DNA of 54,687 bases from a virus. Its lineage: Duplodnaviria; Caudoviricetes. The position numbers and the translations under genes are program-made. The stretch spans positions 1 through 54,687 of IMG/VR virus record IMGVR_UViG_3300030117_001005. The stretch is one strand, 5' to 3'. Below the pieces are notes generated by a model, which was not told where the DNA came from, did no database searches, and saw only the letters and a list, made by a program, of their open reading frames with translations. Each line of letters opens with the position of its first letter. The stretch's first letter is position 1. Shown here piece after piece: positions 1-8,956 of this stretch.

Positions 1-1
1 C

Positions 2-1447
2 TGATTCAGGTTTATAGTTAAGGATAACTCTTTGCATGTGTTTTCTAACACCAGTATCTCCAAAACTTAAATCAGGACTTCTATATCTAGCTAGTATTGC
101 TGTACCATCAAAAGTATTACCTTTTTCTTGCCTGTGGATGTAACCTGAAAAATCACCGTGTAATACTATAACATCTCCATCAACAACTAAAGCATCTGTA
201 GTTGCAGGTTTTACTCCACGTATTTCAGAAAACTCAAACCTATCTGCTCTCCTAACACAGATAATACCTCTTGTTAAATTTTCCCCTTGTCCTGCTTTTG
301 AAAAAAATATTCTGTACTGTGTTTTATCTGGTATTACTACACTTTCAAATACTGTTGAGTCTTTAATGTTAGCATCAAATATAGACTGCACATTTTGTGT
401 AATAGCACCAAGAGCCGTATCACCAATTCTTTCAGTAGCAGCAACAGTTCTGAGTCCGTCAGGACCAAGGAATAGCAAGTCACCTGCAAACTCTTGGATA
501 GTGTCTTTGTTTACACATCCAATATCTCTAGTAACTGGTTGTATAGCAAAGTCACTGAGAGTAGATCCTGTCATTTTAAATATTCTGTTTTCACAAAATA
601 TAAATAAAGAATCCCTAAATACTTTTAGTCCGACAATATTATCATCTACTTTGATAGTTCCTGCACCGTCACCAGATTGAAAACCGTCTTCGTCAAAAGG
701 TTCACTAAATACTAATGTTTGTGGTGTAGTAGACTTACCTGCGTAAAACATGTGGTTTTTAAAAGCTACAACTATTGTAGATCCTGATACAGAGCTTTCA
801 CTAACATCTGTTGCTGATAAAGAAGAATTAAAAATAGTTGGAGCATTTGCACCATCAACAACTATGATCTTTTCGTTACCATCAAAGTTGTATCTTTCAA
901 AACTGTACTTACCTGCACTTGTTCTACCAGTGTCTCTTTCAGTCCAAGACTCTGAGACTACATCATCAACAGCATGATTAGCAGCAGTTGTACTTGTAGC
1001 AGCACGAGTTACTCCTGTAAAAGTAGTAGAAGTAACACCAGTATACGTAAATAACTCATCGTTAATCTGTAACGTTCCACTAGAAGAAAATCCTGTGGTA
1101 GAGTCTACAGTAATAGTTCCAGATCCTGTCATACCTGTAGTAGAAACAATTTTAACTGCAAGCTCAGTAGATGCAGAACTAAATATCTTCTCACCTCTAG
1201 CTGCTAATATTTTATCTGCAAAGTTAGCAACCATCAAAACTTTTTCACTAGCGTCAGATGTTTGAGGTAATTGTTGATTTACATATTTACGAAAACCATT
1301 TATTCTCCTGTAACCACCCTCAATGTCAGGCTCAAAGTTTTCTAACTCTAAAGCTTCTCCAGGTTGCATTAGAAACGTAGAACGATTTAAAACTAAACCA
1401 CCCTCACAGTTAAATGCTGCAGGTTGAGCTTGAGAATAGTCTGGCAT
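2..1447 (-). CDS. Tail tubular/nozzle protein (P22 gp10 / T7 gp12-like), truncated at the window start; missing from the ORF track
   Basis: ATG at 1447 overlaps the upstream stop (TAATG). The frame is open to the window edge: MPDYSQAQPAAFNCEGGLVLNRSTFLMQPGEALELENFEPDIEGGYRRINGF...DIGCVNKDTIQEFAGDLLFLGPDGLR. It is beta-rich and follows the adaptor. Confidence 0.8.
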   Translation of the reverse strand, partial: MPDYSQAQPAAFNCEGGLVLNRSTFLMQPGEALELENFEPDIEGGYRRINGFRKYVNQQLPQTSDASEKVLMVANFADKILAARGEKIFSSASTELAVKIVSTTGMTGSGTITVDSTTGFSSSGTLQINDELFTYTGVTSTTFTGVTRAATSTTAANHAVDDVVSESWTERDTGRTSAGKYSFERYNFDGNEKIIVVDGANAPTIFNSSLSATDVSESSVSGSTIVVAFKNHMFYAGKSTTPQTLVFSEPFDEDGFQSGDGAGTIKVDDNIVGLKVFRDSLFIFCENRIFKMTGSTLSDFAIQPVTRDIGCVNKDTIQEFAGDLLFLGPDGLRTVAATERIGDTALGAITQNVQSIFDANIKDSTVFESVVIPDKTQYRIFFSKAGQGENLTRGIICVRRADRFEFSEIRGVKPATTDALVVDGDVIVLHGDFSGYIHRQEKGNTFDGTAILARYRSPDLSFGDTGVRKHMQRVILNYKPES

Positions 1448-2385
1448 TAGGAAACTACTCCACCTGCAAAGTTAGCAGAACCTCTAGGGGCAAGTATAAC
1501 TGTAGATCGTATATATTCATACTTGTTAATAAGTAGGCTCTGCATGTTTTTAATACCTTGCTCAAACCTAGCAAAGTTTAATTGATATTGTTGTGTTTCA
1601 CCTCGATACTGATAAACAAAAGCAGCAGCCCCATCTACAATTACTGGTGCAAACCTATCTGGAATACTCGTAGTGTCTCCGTGTGCTGATAAATCAGATG
1701 GAAATGTAAAGTAATCAAATATAAGTGTGTATTGTTTATCTGGATAAGGGTACACTAAATAATTGTTATCAGGGGTTCTAACTATATTTCTAGGAACACC
1801 ACCACCATCAAACTGTGTTACCGTTGTGCCATCTGCATGTGTAGCTGCAGTTGTGCTACTAGCTCCTCTAGTGCAACCTGTAATATCGTTACCTGAAACA
1901 CCTGTATAAGTTATCTGCTCACCACCAATATAAACAGTTCCTGAAGATGAGAAGTCACTAGTAGACGTTAGAGTAAGAGTTGTTACAGAACTTGAGTGTG
2001 ATCCGTTAAGAGTTGTTGTTGCAACATCATCCTCTTCACTAGGATAACCTTTTTCTATGTACTCATTGTAATTAAGAACTGTTAAATTATTTCCTGCAGC
2101 GTTAACATCACTATCTTTTTTAATTCTAGCTGTGGCATAGTCTATTGATTTAGTGCTAGTTGGTACAGTGTATCTACACACACCTGGGGTTAGAGTAGAA
2201 GTATTCTGTGCATGGTTAAAAGAATACCCAAACTCTCTTTGATTTATATATCTGATAGCTTCATTAACAGCGTTTTGACACTGTACTTGAACACCTCTAG
2301 CATTAGCAAAAGTAGTAGAAGTAAGTGTTACTTCGTTCATTCTTGTAATTACATCGTTAGTTAACGAGAGAAATGTCAAAGCCAT
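1447..2385 (-). CDS. Head-tail adaptor / tail tubular protein A-like
   Basis: N-terminal TFLSLTNDVITRMNE and C-terminal YPYPDKQY...IPDRF pattern typical of podovirus adaptors; lies downstream of the capsid genes. Confidence 0.7.
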   Translation of the reverse strand: MALTFLSLTNDVITRMNEVTLTSTTFANARGVQVQCQNAVNEAIRYINQREFGYSFNHAQNTSTLTPGVCRYTVPTSTKSIDYATARIKKDSDVNAAGNNLTVLNYNEYIEKGYPSEEDDVATTTLNGSHSSSVTTLTLTSTSDFSSSGTVYIGGEQITYTGVSGNDITGCTRGASSTTAATHADGTTVTQFDGGGVPRNIVRTPDNNYLVYPYPDKQYTLIFDYFTFPSDLSAHGDTTSIPDRFAPVIVDGAAAFVYQYRGETQQYQLNFARFEQGIKNMQSLLINKYEYIRSTVILAPRGSANFAGGVVS

Positions 2386-2404
2386 ATTTTTTCCTTAGAT
2401 AAGC

Positions 2405-2430
2405 TAAAGGGGCAAGTCTCCCTGCCCCTA
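2405..2430 (-). terminator. Probable intrinsic terminator after the capsid operon
   Basis: Minus strand AGGGGCA-GGGAGACT-TGCCCCT followed by a short T run, just after the 2440 stop. Confidence 0.55.
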
Positions 2431-2439
2431 AAGTTTTAG

Positions 2440-2976
2440 TTATGCTAGTAGATCACGATCCACTTCAGTCGGAGCACGTCCACCTCTAGCACCTGTGTCA
2501 ATGCAACATGCAATAACACGTAGGATACCAGATGTAACATCTGCAGAGGAAGCAATTAACTTAACGTCAATTGTGTCTGTAGTTGTTACGTGTGCAGTAA
2601 ACGTATCCGCAGCAGCAGTATTTACGACCATAGTTTGACCGTTTGTACCACCTGCTAGGAATCCAGTTGAAGTAACATCACCACCATCAACAATATCATC
2701 ACCTGCTGCAAAATCAATATCTACAGTTGGAGATGATCCGTTAAAAGCAGTCTCAACTTCAGCACCTGCAAACAACACCATAGTGTTAGCAGGAATTTCT
2801 AGAAGTTGAAAGATATCCCCATTTGCACAGGAGTATCCGTCTTCTACCATCTTGGCAATGTCCAAACGTGCTTCACGCATGTACATTCCCATCGCTTGAT
2901 AACGTGAGGTAGCTGCTGCAATGCTGTTAGAATCAACACCTACAGTAGCTGAGGAAGTCATATCATAAGTAGCCAT
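2440..2976 (-). CDS. Putative capsid decoration / minor capsid protein
   Basis: Directly after the major capsid gene with a strong RBS (GGGAGGA); beta-rich, with a GD..QLLEIPANTMV...AEVETAF pattern. Confidence 0.55.
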   Translation of the reverse strand: MATYDMTSSATVGVDSNSIAAATSRYQAMGMYMREARLDIAKMVEDGYSCANGDIFQLLEIPANTMVLFAGAEVETAFNGSSPTVDIDFAAGDDIVDGGDVTSTGFLAGGTNGQTMVVNTAAADTFTAHVTTTDTIDVKLIASSADVTSGILRVIACCIDTGARGGRAPTEVDRDLLA

Positions 2977-2990
2977 AAGTCAATCCTCCC

Positions 2991-4064
2991 TTACGCTGCG
3001 TTGTATTTAGCAGTAACCAAGGCTTCTGGCCTTAGTATTTTTCTGCCGTATAGGTGCATACCACGAACAATGTCAGCAAAGCTGTCAGGGTCACGATATG
3101 TTTCAGTCTTACTGATCTGCTCTGCAGTTGCTACTGCTGAGTCATGACCTGCAACAATAACACCAAAGTTACTGTTTTGGTTTGCAGAACCTGTAGTTCC
3201 TGAACCTGTTCCTACTGAAGGAAGGTTTGAAGAAACATACATTCTGAAACCGTGCATGTTGTTCAGTACTAGACCATTACGTAGAGCACCTGATTCACCG
3301 TAATCAGCATTTAAGAACCTTGAGTCCTCATCTGCTAAGATTTCCATGAATACTGGATCTACAACTAACCATCTACCTTGTGAGTCAACTTGTTGTTGAT
3401 CTAACAAACGTTTCATACGTGATATAATCATCGCAGGAGAAACGGTTGCTGTTGGTAGTGCTGTTGCACCTGGTAGACGTGCTGCTACAGGAATTGAGTG
3501 ATCTCCTGCAGAAGACGTTGTGATGTTACCAAATGAAGACTTGATAAGTTTCATTGAAGATAACAACTCGTCAGAACCTGCTGTTGATACAGCTTTAGTT
3601 CCGTTTACTACGTCATTCGCTGTACCTGCAACTGAGTGTAGAGCAGACTGTTTAAAACCTGATAGATAGCCAAGAACTTCTTGGTCATGCTGATCAGCTA
3701 AACGATATGCTGCACGATCTGTTGCAAGCTGCATAAAATTCGCATGCGAATGCGCCTCTTCTATATCGTCAATTTTAAAAGCGTAGTAGTTTGCTTTATC
3801 AACAACAAGAGAGAAGTCTTCGTCATCAAGGTCTTGTGCTGAAACCTGTGTACCCCTTGCGTAGGCACTCACAGAAATTTCTGGCTCCTTGATGATTTTC
3901 ACTGTATCACCTTGGGCAGCAATCTCCCCAAAATAATCAGAGTTAGTTATGTCTCCTACTACAGTACTCTTGCGGAAAGCAAGCTGTACTTTTTTGGAGT
4001 AGATTACGCTAGAAAAATTCCCGTTGGGAAGATTTCCGTAACCCGATGCGGTTTGAAAAGCCAT
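2991..4064 (-). CDS. Major capsid protein (HK97 fold, HMO-2011/N4 gp56-like)
   Basis: GNFSSVIYSKKVQLAFRK, DYFGEIAAQGDTVKIIKEP, FADIVRGMHLYGRKILRPEAL; 357 aa, downstream of the scaffold gene. Confidence 0.93.
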   Translation of the reverse strand: MAFQTASGYGNLPNGNFSSVIYSKKVQLAFRKSTVVGDITNSDYFGEIAAQGDTVKIIKEPEISVSAYARGTQVSAQDLDDEDFSLVVDKANYYAFKIDDIEEAHSHANFMQLATDRAAYRLADQHDQEVLGYLSGFKQSALHSVAGTANDVVNGTKAVSTAGSDELLSSMKLIKSSFGNITTSSAGDHSIPVAARLPGATALPTATVSPAMIISRMKRLLDQQQVDSQGRWLVVDPVFMEILADEDSRFLNADYGESGALRNGLVLNNMHGFRMYVSSNLPSVGTGSGTTGSANQNSNFGVIVAGHDSAVATAEQISKTETYRDPDSFADIVRGMHLYGRKILRPEALVTAKYNAA

Positions 4065-4096
4065 GATTAAATCCTTCCATGATATTTGGCTTAATT

Positions 4097-4245
4097 GAGC
4101 TAAACACCTTGAAAGAGGCTGAACGTTCTAGGGTAACACATAAGTGGGCCTATACTTGCACAGGTAAGTCTTTTTTTGTAGTTTATGCTTTTATTTGAAA
4201 AGTATCTTTGAAGGTAGTCCATATAGGAGGCTTCAATAAAGATAC
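4097..4245 (-). ncRNA. Structured 5' leader of the capsid mRNA (cis-regulatory candidate)
   Basis: Stems GTATCT/AGATAC with TTGAAG/CTTCAA (4202-4245), AAAGA..CTG/CAG..TCTTT (4112-4173) and TAGG..CAC/GTG..CCTA (4129-4152), each with a YUAC/CC internal loop. Confidence 0.6.
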
Positions 4246-4249
4246 ACGT

Positions 4250-4278
4250 AGTTATATAGAAGACTCTTAAAGTGTCAA
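4250..4278 (-). promoter_or_regulatory. Sigma70-like promoter for the capsid gene
   Basis: TTGACA-N16-TATAACT on the minus strand. Confidence 0.7.
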
Positions 4279-5214
4279 CTAATTAGATACGTCATAGATA
4301 AATTTACCTTTTTTCATTGCTTCAGCAATTTCATCTTGACGCTCCTCAAACTCCTTTGTTGACATTTTAGCTACGTCAGACTCTTTTATTTGGCCTGAAG
4401 CACCCTTTGCGTCAATAGAAGTACGAGTTCCTTTGGTAACGGTAGAAGCTGCAGCCTTTTTGCTATCACGCTTGTCTGCTACACTAATACCCTTATCAAC
4501 TTTATAAAGATCAATAACACGAACAACTGAAGCAGGATCATCTGAGTTTTCGTACAGTGCATCCTTAACCCATTTGGGTTGTTCATCTACCCAGTTGTGA
4601 AACTCATCTGAAGCTTTTAATTCGTCAAAGTCATCGTGAGACTTACGTATGACGTTTTCAGCTTTTAATCTTAGAGCTTCGCTGTGTGCATCATCTAATT
4701 CTTTTAATCTTGATTCAGCTTTACTAAACATCTGTTTAGCTTTTTCTTCTGCTATCTTGTTAAAGATACCTGCTACATCAGGATATTGTTTTGCCCACTC
4801 ATCAATCTCTTCAGGAGTTTTTGGTGGTATTATTGTGTCTGATGCCTTACGCTTTTCAAGAGCTTGTATTCTTTCGTTCCACTCTTTTTCTTTTTCTTGC
4901 ATGTGTCTACGCAAGTCACCGTAACGTTTCTTAAAAGATTTTTCTTCAGCACTTAGTCCTGAATCATCTTCTTGTGTTTCGGTTTCCTCTGTGGCTTCTT
5001 CTTGTTTGGTATCGTCTGTTGCTTGAACTTCGGTGTCCTCAGTATTCTCGCCACTGGGTTTATCTTCAACAACTTCTTCACCTCGAGCCTCTGCTTCTAG
5101 CTTGGCAATCTCTTGCTCTTCTTCTTCCATACGCTTTTGTTTTTTTGCGTGGTTGTATCCACGATCTACAAAACCTGCTGTTTTAGGTTTTTCTACTTCT
5201 GTTAATTCAGGCAT
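4279..5214 (-). CDS. Capsid scaffolding protein
   Basis: Acidic and coiled-coil, EEKSFKKRYGDLRRH, C-terminal MSTKEFEERQDEIAEAMKKGKF; immediately upstream of the capsid gene. Confidence 0.8.
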   Translation of the reverse strand: MPELTEVEKPKTAGFVDRGYNHAKKQKRMEEEEQEIAKLEAEARGEEVVEDKPSGENTEDTEVQATDDTKQEEATEETETQEDDSGLSAEEKSFKKRYGDLRRHMQEKEKEWNERIQALEKRKASDTIIPPKTPEEIDEWAKQYPDVAGIFNKIAEEKAKQMFSKAESRLKELDDAHSEALRLKAENVIRKSHDDFDELKASDEFHNWVDEQPKWVKDALYENSDDPASVVRVIDLYKVDKGISVADKRDSKKAAASTVTKGTRTSIDAKGASGQIKESDVAKMSTKEFEERQDEIAEAMKKGKFIYDVSN

Positions 5215-5232
5215 ATTTTTTCCTTTTCTGTT

Positions 5233-5256
5233 GGGGTCAGCCGTAGCTGAGTAGCC
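5233..5256 (-). promoter_or_regulatory. Leader hairpin of the scaffold mRNA
   Basis: GG-CTAC-TCAGC-TACG-GCTGA-CC-CC with a C(UACG)G tetraloop, just 5' of the AAGGA RBS. Confidence 0.6.
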
Positions 5257-5262
5257 TTATAA

Positions 5263-8200
5263 TTATTTCTTTGCCTTTCTTTTTTTCCTTTGCATCAGTC
5301 CACCTTTGTTAAATGCTCCTGATCCAGAACCTGAGGGTCCAATACTTTCTTGTCCAGTTTCCTCTATTGTAGAAGCCTCTCCTGATCCGATAGATGTTGC
5401 ACCTGCTGCAGCAGCCTCAGCAGCAGCCGCAGGAGAAACACCTGCATTTACACCTGCAGCAGCAGCTTGAGAAGCTGCAATAGGATCAACTCCCTCAGAA
5501 GCATTAGAGTAAGCAAGTCCTGCAGCAGAAGAAGCGTCAGTTGCAGAAGAAAAATCAGGTGCAGGTTTAGGTGCAGAGACTGCTGAAGTTTCTGGATCTT
5601 TAGATGGAACTATCTCTTTATCTATACTAAAGATATTGTTTACTAAGTCTTTGTCTTTTTGAAGATCAGCAGCAATCTTGTCACCGTCAATCCAAGCATT
5701 AGGAAGAGAGTTAAGAACTGGATTCTTAGAAACAAAATCTTTTGCTTTATTTGATAAGGTATTGTACAAATCCATGTTACCTTGAGCTTTAGCAAGTTCT
5801 GCCATAGCGTTAACTCTTGCTACACTAGTGCCTAACTTAATGGTGTTGATTAGATTATTAGCTTTTCCTTGTAGGTTTTCTTCTGCCCACTCTTCAGGAT
5901 TTGTAATATTTTTTGCCCAAGCATTAGGGTCTTTTGGTTCTGGATCTGGTGTGCCACCACCTCCACCACCGCCTCCTCCTTTAGGAGCACCCTCAATGGC
6001 TTCTGCTAACGCAGGTGAACCCTGTAAATAATAAGGTGGTTGAGTAAACTTAACATCAGTAGGGGGTGTTACTACACCATTTACATATGTAACAATTTTT
6101 ATGTCAGAAGTATTAGTTGCGTTAACATATGTTTTAGTTGAGGTAACACTAACAGGTTTCTGAGTAGGCTGTTGATACTGACTGAACCCTACAGTTGAAA
6201 AATTCATGGGAGTAAACGTATTTTGTACAGGTTGTCCTGTTGTTGCTGTGTTAGTACCAGTTTGAGACTGTTGACCTAGCATAGCAGGACCAGTGTTAGC
6301 AGCTACAGGTTGTGCAGGTGGAGCATTGGTCATAGGTTGACCACTCATGTTCTGTTGTACTTGTTGAGGAGACATTGGATCACCACCAATCCTGCCTGTG
6401 TTTTCCATAGTCTGTAGACCAGACTTTGCTTGGTTACGTAAGTTCTCAAAGAAGTTTACTCCGTAGTACCTAAGAACATCAGCAGGAACAACATATTCAC
6501 CTTCGGATAACATGGCAGGAATATCATCTCTTACTTCTTTGGCTAACGAGCCTGGAGGTATATCATTACCTGAGACAGGATCTTTAGTCATGCCATCATC
6601 TTTAAACACCATTTGCATTTGATCTTTCATTGCTGTACCACCTTCATTAAACATTCTTAGTTTACCATCTCTTGTCCTTACAGCCATTTGCTTCATTTGA
6701 GAGATAGTGGGTTTCTTTACATTTTTAGCTAGTACAAGAGGACCAACTTGAATTACTTCATCTGCTTCAAATACAGGAGCACCAGTTTTTTTATTGTAAA
6801 AAGCACTTCCACGATAAGGATTCATTCCTATCTGTGTCCACTCTTCTGAACCTGAAGCTATTATCTCAGCAGCTTGTCGTTGTAAATCATAAGGATCTTC
6901 AGGTTGATACTCTCCAAAGATACGAGCAATAGTAGCTTTACCTTGAGGTTTAGGAGCATCTTCTCCTGTAGCTTGAACAAGTCTTTTGCCTCTAGCAATA
7001 TCAAGGGCTGTCTTAGGATCTGAACCAAAGTTAATATTTTTTAGTCTAATAGCTTGTCCGTATCCAACAACACTACCTGACTTTTGATTACCATCATGAA
7101 TAGAGACTACCCATGTATCATAGTCATCATAGGCAGGGATATCTAATCTAGAAGATACTACTTGCCCTTTATCTAAGTCTTTTCCTTTAACACCTATGAT
7201 AGGATACTTTTTAGCTTTTTTACCTAATGCTCCTGTTATCTGAGTAAGACTAGGCATCATGTCTAAGACTTGCTCTGCAGTAAACTCTTGTGGATCAGGT
7301 ATAAAATCTTTTATTCTTTGCCTAGCTTCTTTAGAAGTAATTTCACCTTCTAGTAAATCAGATGCTGCCTTTTTTGATCCTTCAGGATTCTTTTGTCTTT
7401 GTGACTCAGGTAGTTTATTTTCTTTACGCCACTGCTCTAGTGCTTCAGAATCTTTAATAAGTCTTTCTGCTTCTTTTGCATCTGCAGCTTTATCAACTAG
7501 TTTTGTACTAGTTTTTCGTATTATAGTTTTACCTACTTGACCTAAGCCAGGAATCATACCTACAGCTTCACTAGCAGCCAACATACCTATCTTAGCTAAA
7601 CTAGGATCTTCTTCTTGTAACTCTTCTTTAATATCTCTTATAGTTGTTGCAGTGCTAATGCCTGGAATACTTTCTAGGGCTGCTTTTCCTAAAGCTTTTA
7701 CAGTTTCACTTGTTTCTTCTGGGTCAACAACTGTCACACCGTAGGATCTAGCTAAGTCAAGCTTTTCCATTTGATCATCTTGAGTTAAACCACCTTCGGC
7801 AAATCCTAATTTTTTACGTAACCTACCCATAAAACTTAAATGACCATAAGGAGTAGCTCTAGGTGGTTCTACTTCTTTTAATATATCTTCGGCTGCTTGT
7901 ATTAAATAACCTACACCACCAAATTGTGGATTTTTTTTGCCAAGAACTCCTGATCCTTGACGTTGAAAATTTTCTATATTTTTTAATGAGTTTTGATCTA
8001 AAAACTTTTCTTTATTATCCCTACCCATATTTTCTAAATTAGGGTAATTCCAAGCATCATCTACAAAGTCAAAATATTCTGTATAAAACTCATCTTTATC
8101 TGGATCTTTAGCTATTTGCTCAAGAGTTTCTAAAGCTCGTCTACCATATTTCCTACGAAACTCTTCAGCACCTATTTGATTCTTATATTCAATAAGTCTA

Positions 8201-8772
8201 TCAAAACCTCTGTGAGTCATTTCATGCGCCCAAACTCTAGGGCTTCCTACATCTGTATCTACAAAAATATCATCTGGAAGTGCTTCGTCAGATTTATTTT
8301 TAGGAACAGCCATATCCCCTAAAAGTTTTGCTTGAGATGGAGTATTTCTAGAATAAATATAAAATGCATTATCAAATAATTCAGGAACTGCAGTTAATCC
8401 TTTACTATAATAATATAATAACTCGTCTTTTAACTCCTTATCATTAAATATTTGCAAATCATCACTGACTTTTGTTTTTAAAGTAGGTGTAGACATAATA
8501 TAATCTACATAACCTTCTACGTTATTAAAGTCTGTTACTTTATCTGTACCTGTTGTGTTTTCAAACCCCAACCTAGCAATAGGATTTTTTATTAGTTCTT
8601 TATCTAAACTCCACCTAAACTCTAAATCACCAAATTCTTTAGCAAGATCTCTAGGTCTTTTTTCTATAGTCTTTGGACGTATGGATTCTGTAACAGCACC
8701 ACTCTCTCTTTTAACATTTCCTACAGGAACATCATCTGGTCTTGGTTTAGGCTTGATCTGGTTTAGGTCCAT
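5263..8772 (-). CDS. Large multidomain head-associated protein (HExxH zincin-like region, pre-toxin-like segment, unknown domain, DDIPAMLSEGEYV domain)
   Basis: 1169 aa between portal and scaffold; contains AHEMTHRG, ESIPG..GMIPGLG, DPVSGN..DDIPAMLSEGEYVVPAD and three FxxGG motifs. Confidence 0.6.
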   Translation of the reverse strand: MDLNQIKPKPRPDDVPVGNVKRESGAVTESIRPKTIEKRPRDLAKEFGDLEFRWSLDKELIKNPIARLGFENTTGTDKVTDFNNVEGYVDYIMSTPTLKTKVSDDLQIFNDKELKDELLYYYSKGLTAVPELFDNAFYIYSRNTPSQAKLLGDMAVPKNKSDEALPDDIFVDTDVGSPRVWAHEMTHRGFDRLIEYKNQIGAEEFRRKYGRRALETLEQIAKDPDKDEFYTEYFDFVDDAWNYPNLENMGRDNKEKFLDQNSLKNIENFQRQGSGVLGKKNPQFGGVGYLIQAAEDILKEVEPPRATPYGHLSFMGRLRKKLGFAEGGLTQDDQMEKLDLARSYGVTVVDPEETSETVKALGKAALESIPGISTATTIRDIKEELQEEDPSLAKIGMLAASEAVGMIPGLGQVGKTIIRKTSTKLVDKAADAKEAERLIKDSEALEQWRKENKLPESQRQKNPEGSKKAASDLLEGEITSKEARQRIKDFIPDPQEFTAEQVLDMMPSLTQITGALGKKAKKYPIIGVKGKDLDKGQVVSSRLDIPAYDDYDTWVVSIHDGNQKSGSVVGYGQAIRLKNINFGSDPKTALDIARGKRLVQATGEDAPKPQGKATIARIFGEYQPEDPYDLQRQAAEIIASGSEEWTQIGMNPYRGSAFYNKKTGAPVFEADEVIQVGPLVLAKNVKKPTISQMKQMAVRTRDGKLRMFNEGGTAMKDQMQMVFKDDGMTKDPVSGNDIPPGSLAKEVRDDIPAMLSEGEYVVPADVLRYYGVNFFENLRNQAKSGLQTMENTGRIGGDPMSPQQVQQNMSGQPMTNAPPAQPVAANTGPAMLGQQSQTGTNTATTGQPVQNTFTPMNFSTVGFSQYQQPTQKPVSVTSTKTYVNATNTSDIKIVTYVNGVVTPPTDVKFTQPPYYLQGSPALAEAIEGAPKGGGGGGGGGTPDPEPKDPNAWAKNITNPEEWAEENLQGKANNLINTIKLGTSVARVNAMAELAKAQGNMDLYNTLSNKAKDFVSKNPVLNSLPNAWIDGDKIAADLQKDKDLVNNIFSIDKEIVPSKDPETSAVSAPKPAPDFSSATDASSAAGLAYSNASEGVDPIAASQAAAAGVNAGVSPAAAAEAAAAGATSIGSGEASTIEETGQESIGPSGSGSGAFNKGGLMQRKKRKAKK

Positions 8773-8956
8773 TTACTTCATCCCTTAAAAACTTTAATCT
8801 ACGGAATGCTCTTGCTTCACCCTGTAGTCTGAACAAGTCTTCTTGTTTTATAGTTTGTTCCATTTGAATATGAACGTGGTTAAGTCTTCGATCCAGTTCA
8901 TCATTAAACGAGTTCCATAGTTTGTTGTCATTCACTAAAGGTTTTAAATTATTCAT
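8747..8956 (-). CDS. Small helical portal-adjacent protein
   Basis: 69 aa with FRLQGEARAFRRL; ATGA-coupled to the portal stop. Confidence 0.6.
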   Translation of the reverse strand: MNNLKPLVNDNKLWNSFNDELDRRLNHVHIQMEQTIKQEDLFRLQGEARAFRRLKFLRDEVNGPKPDQA

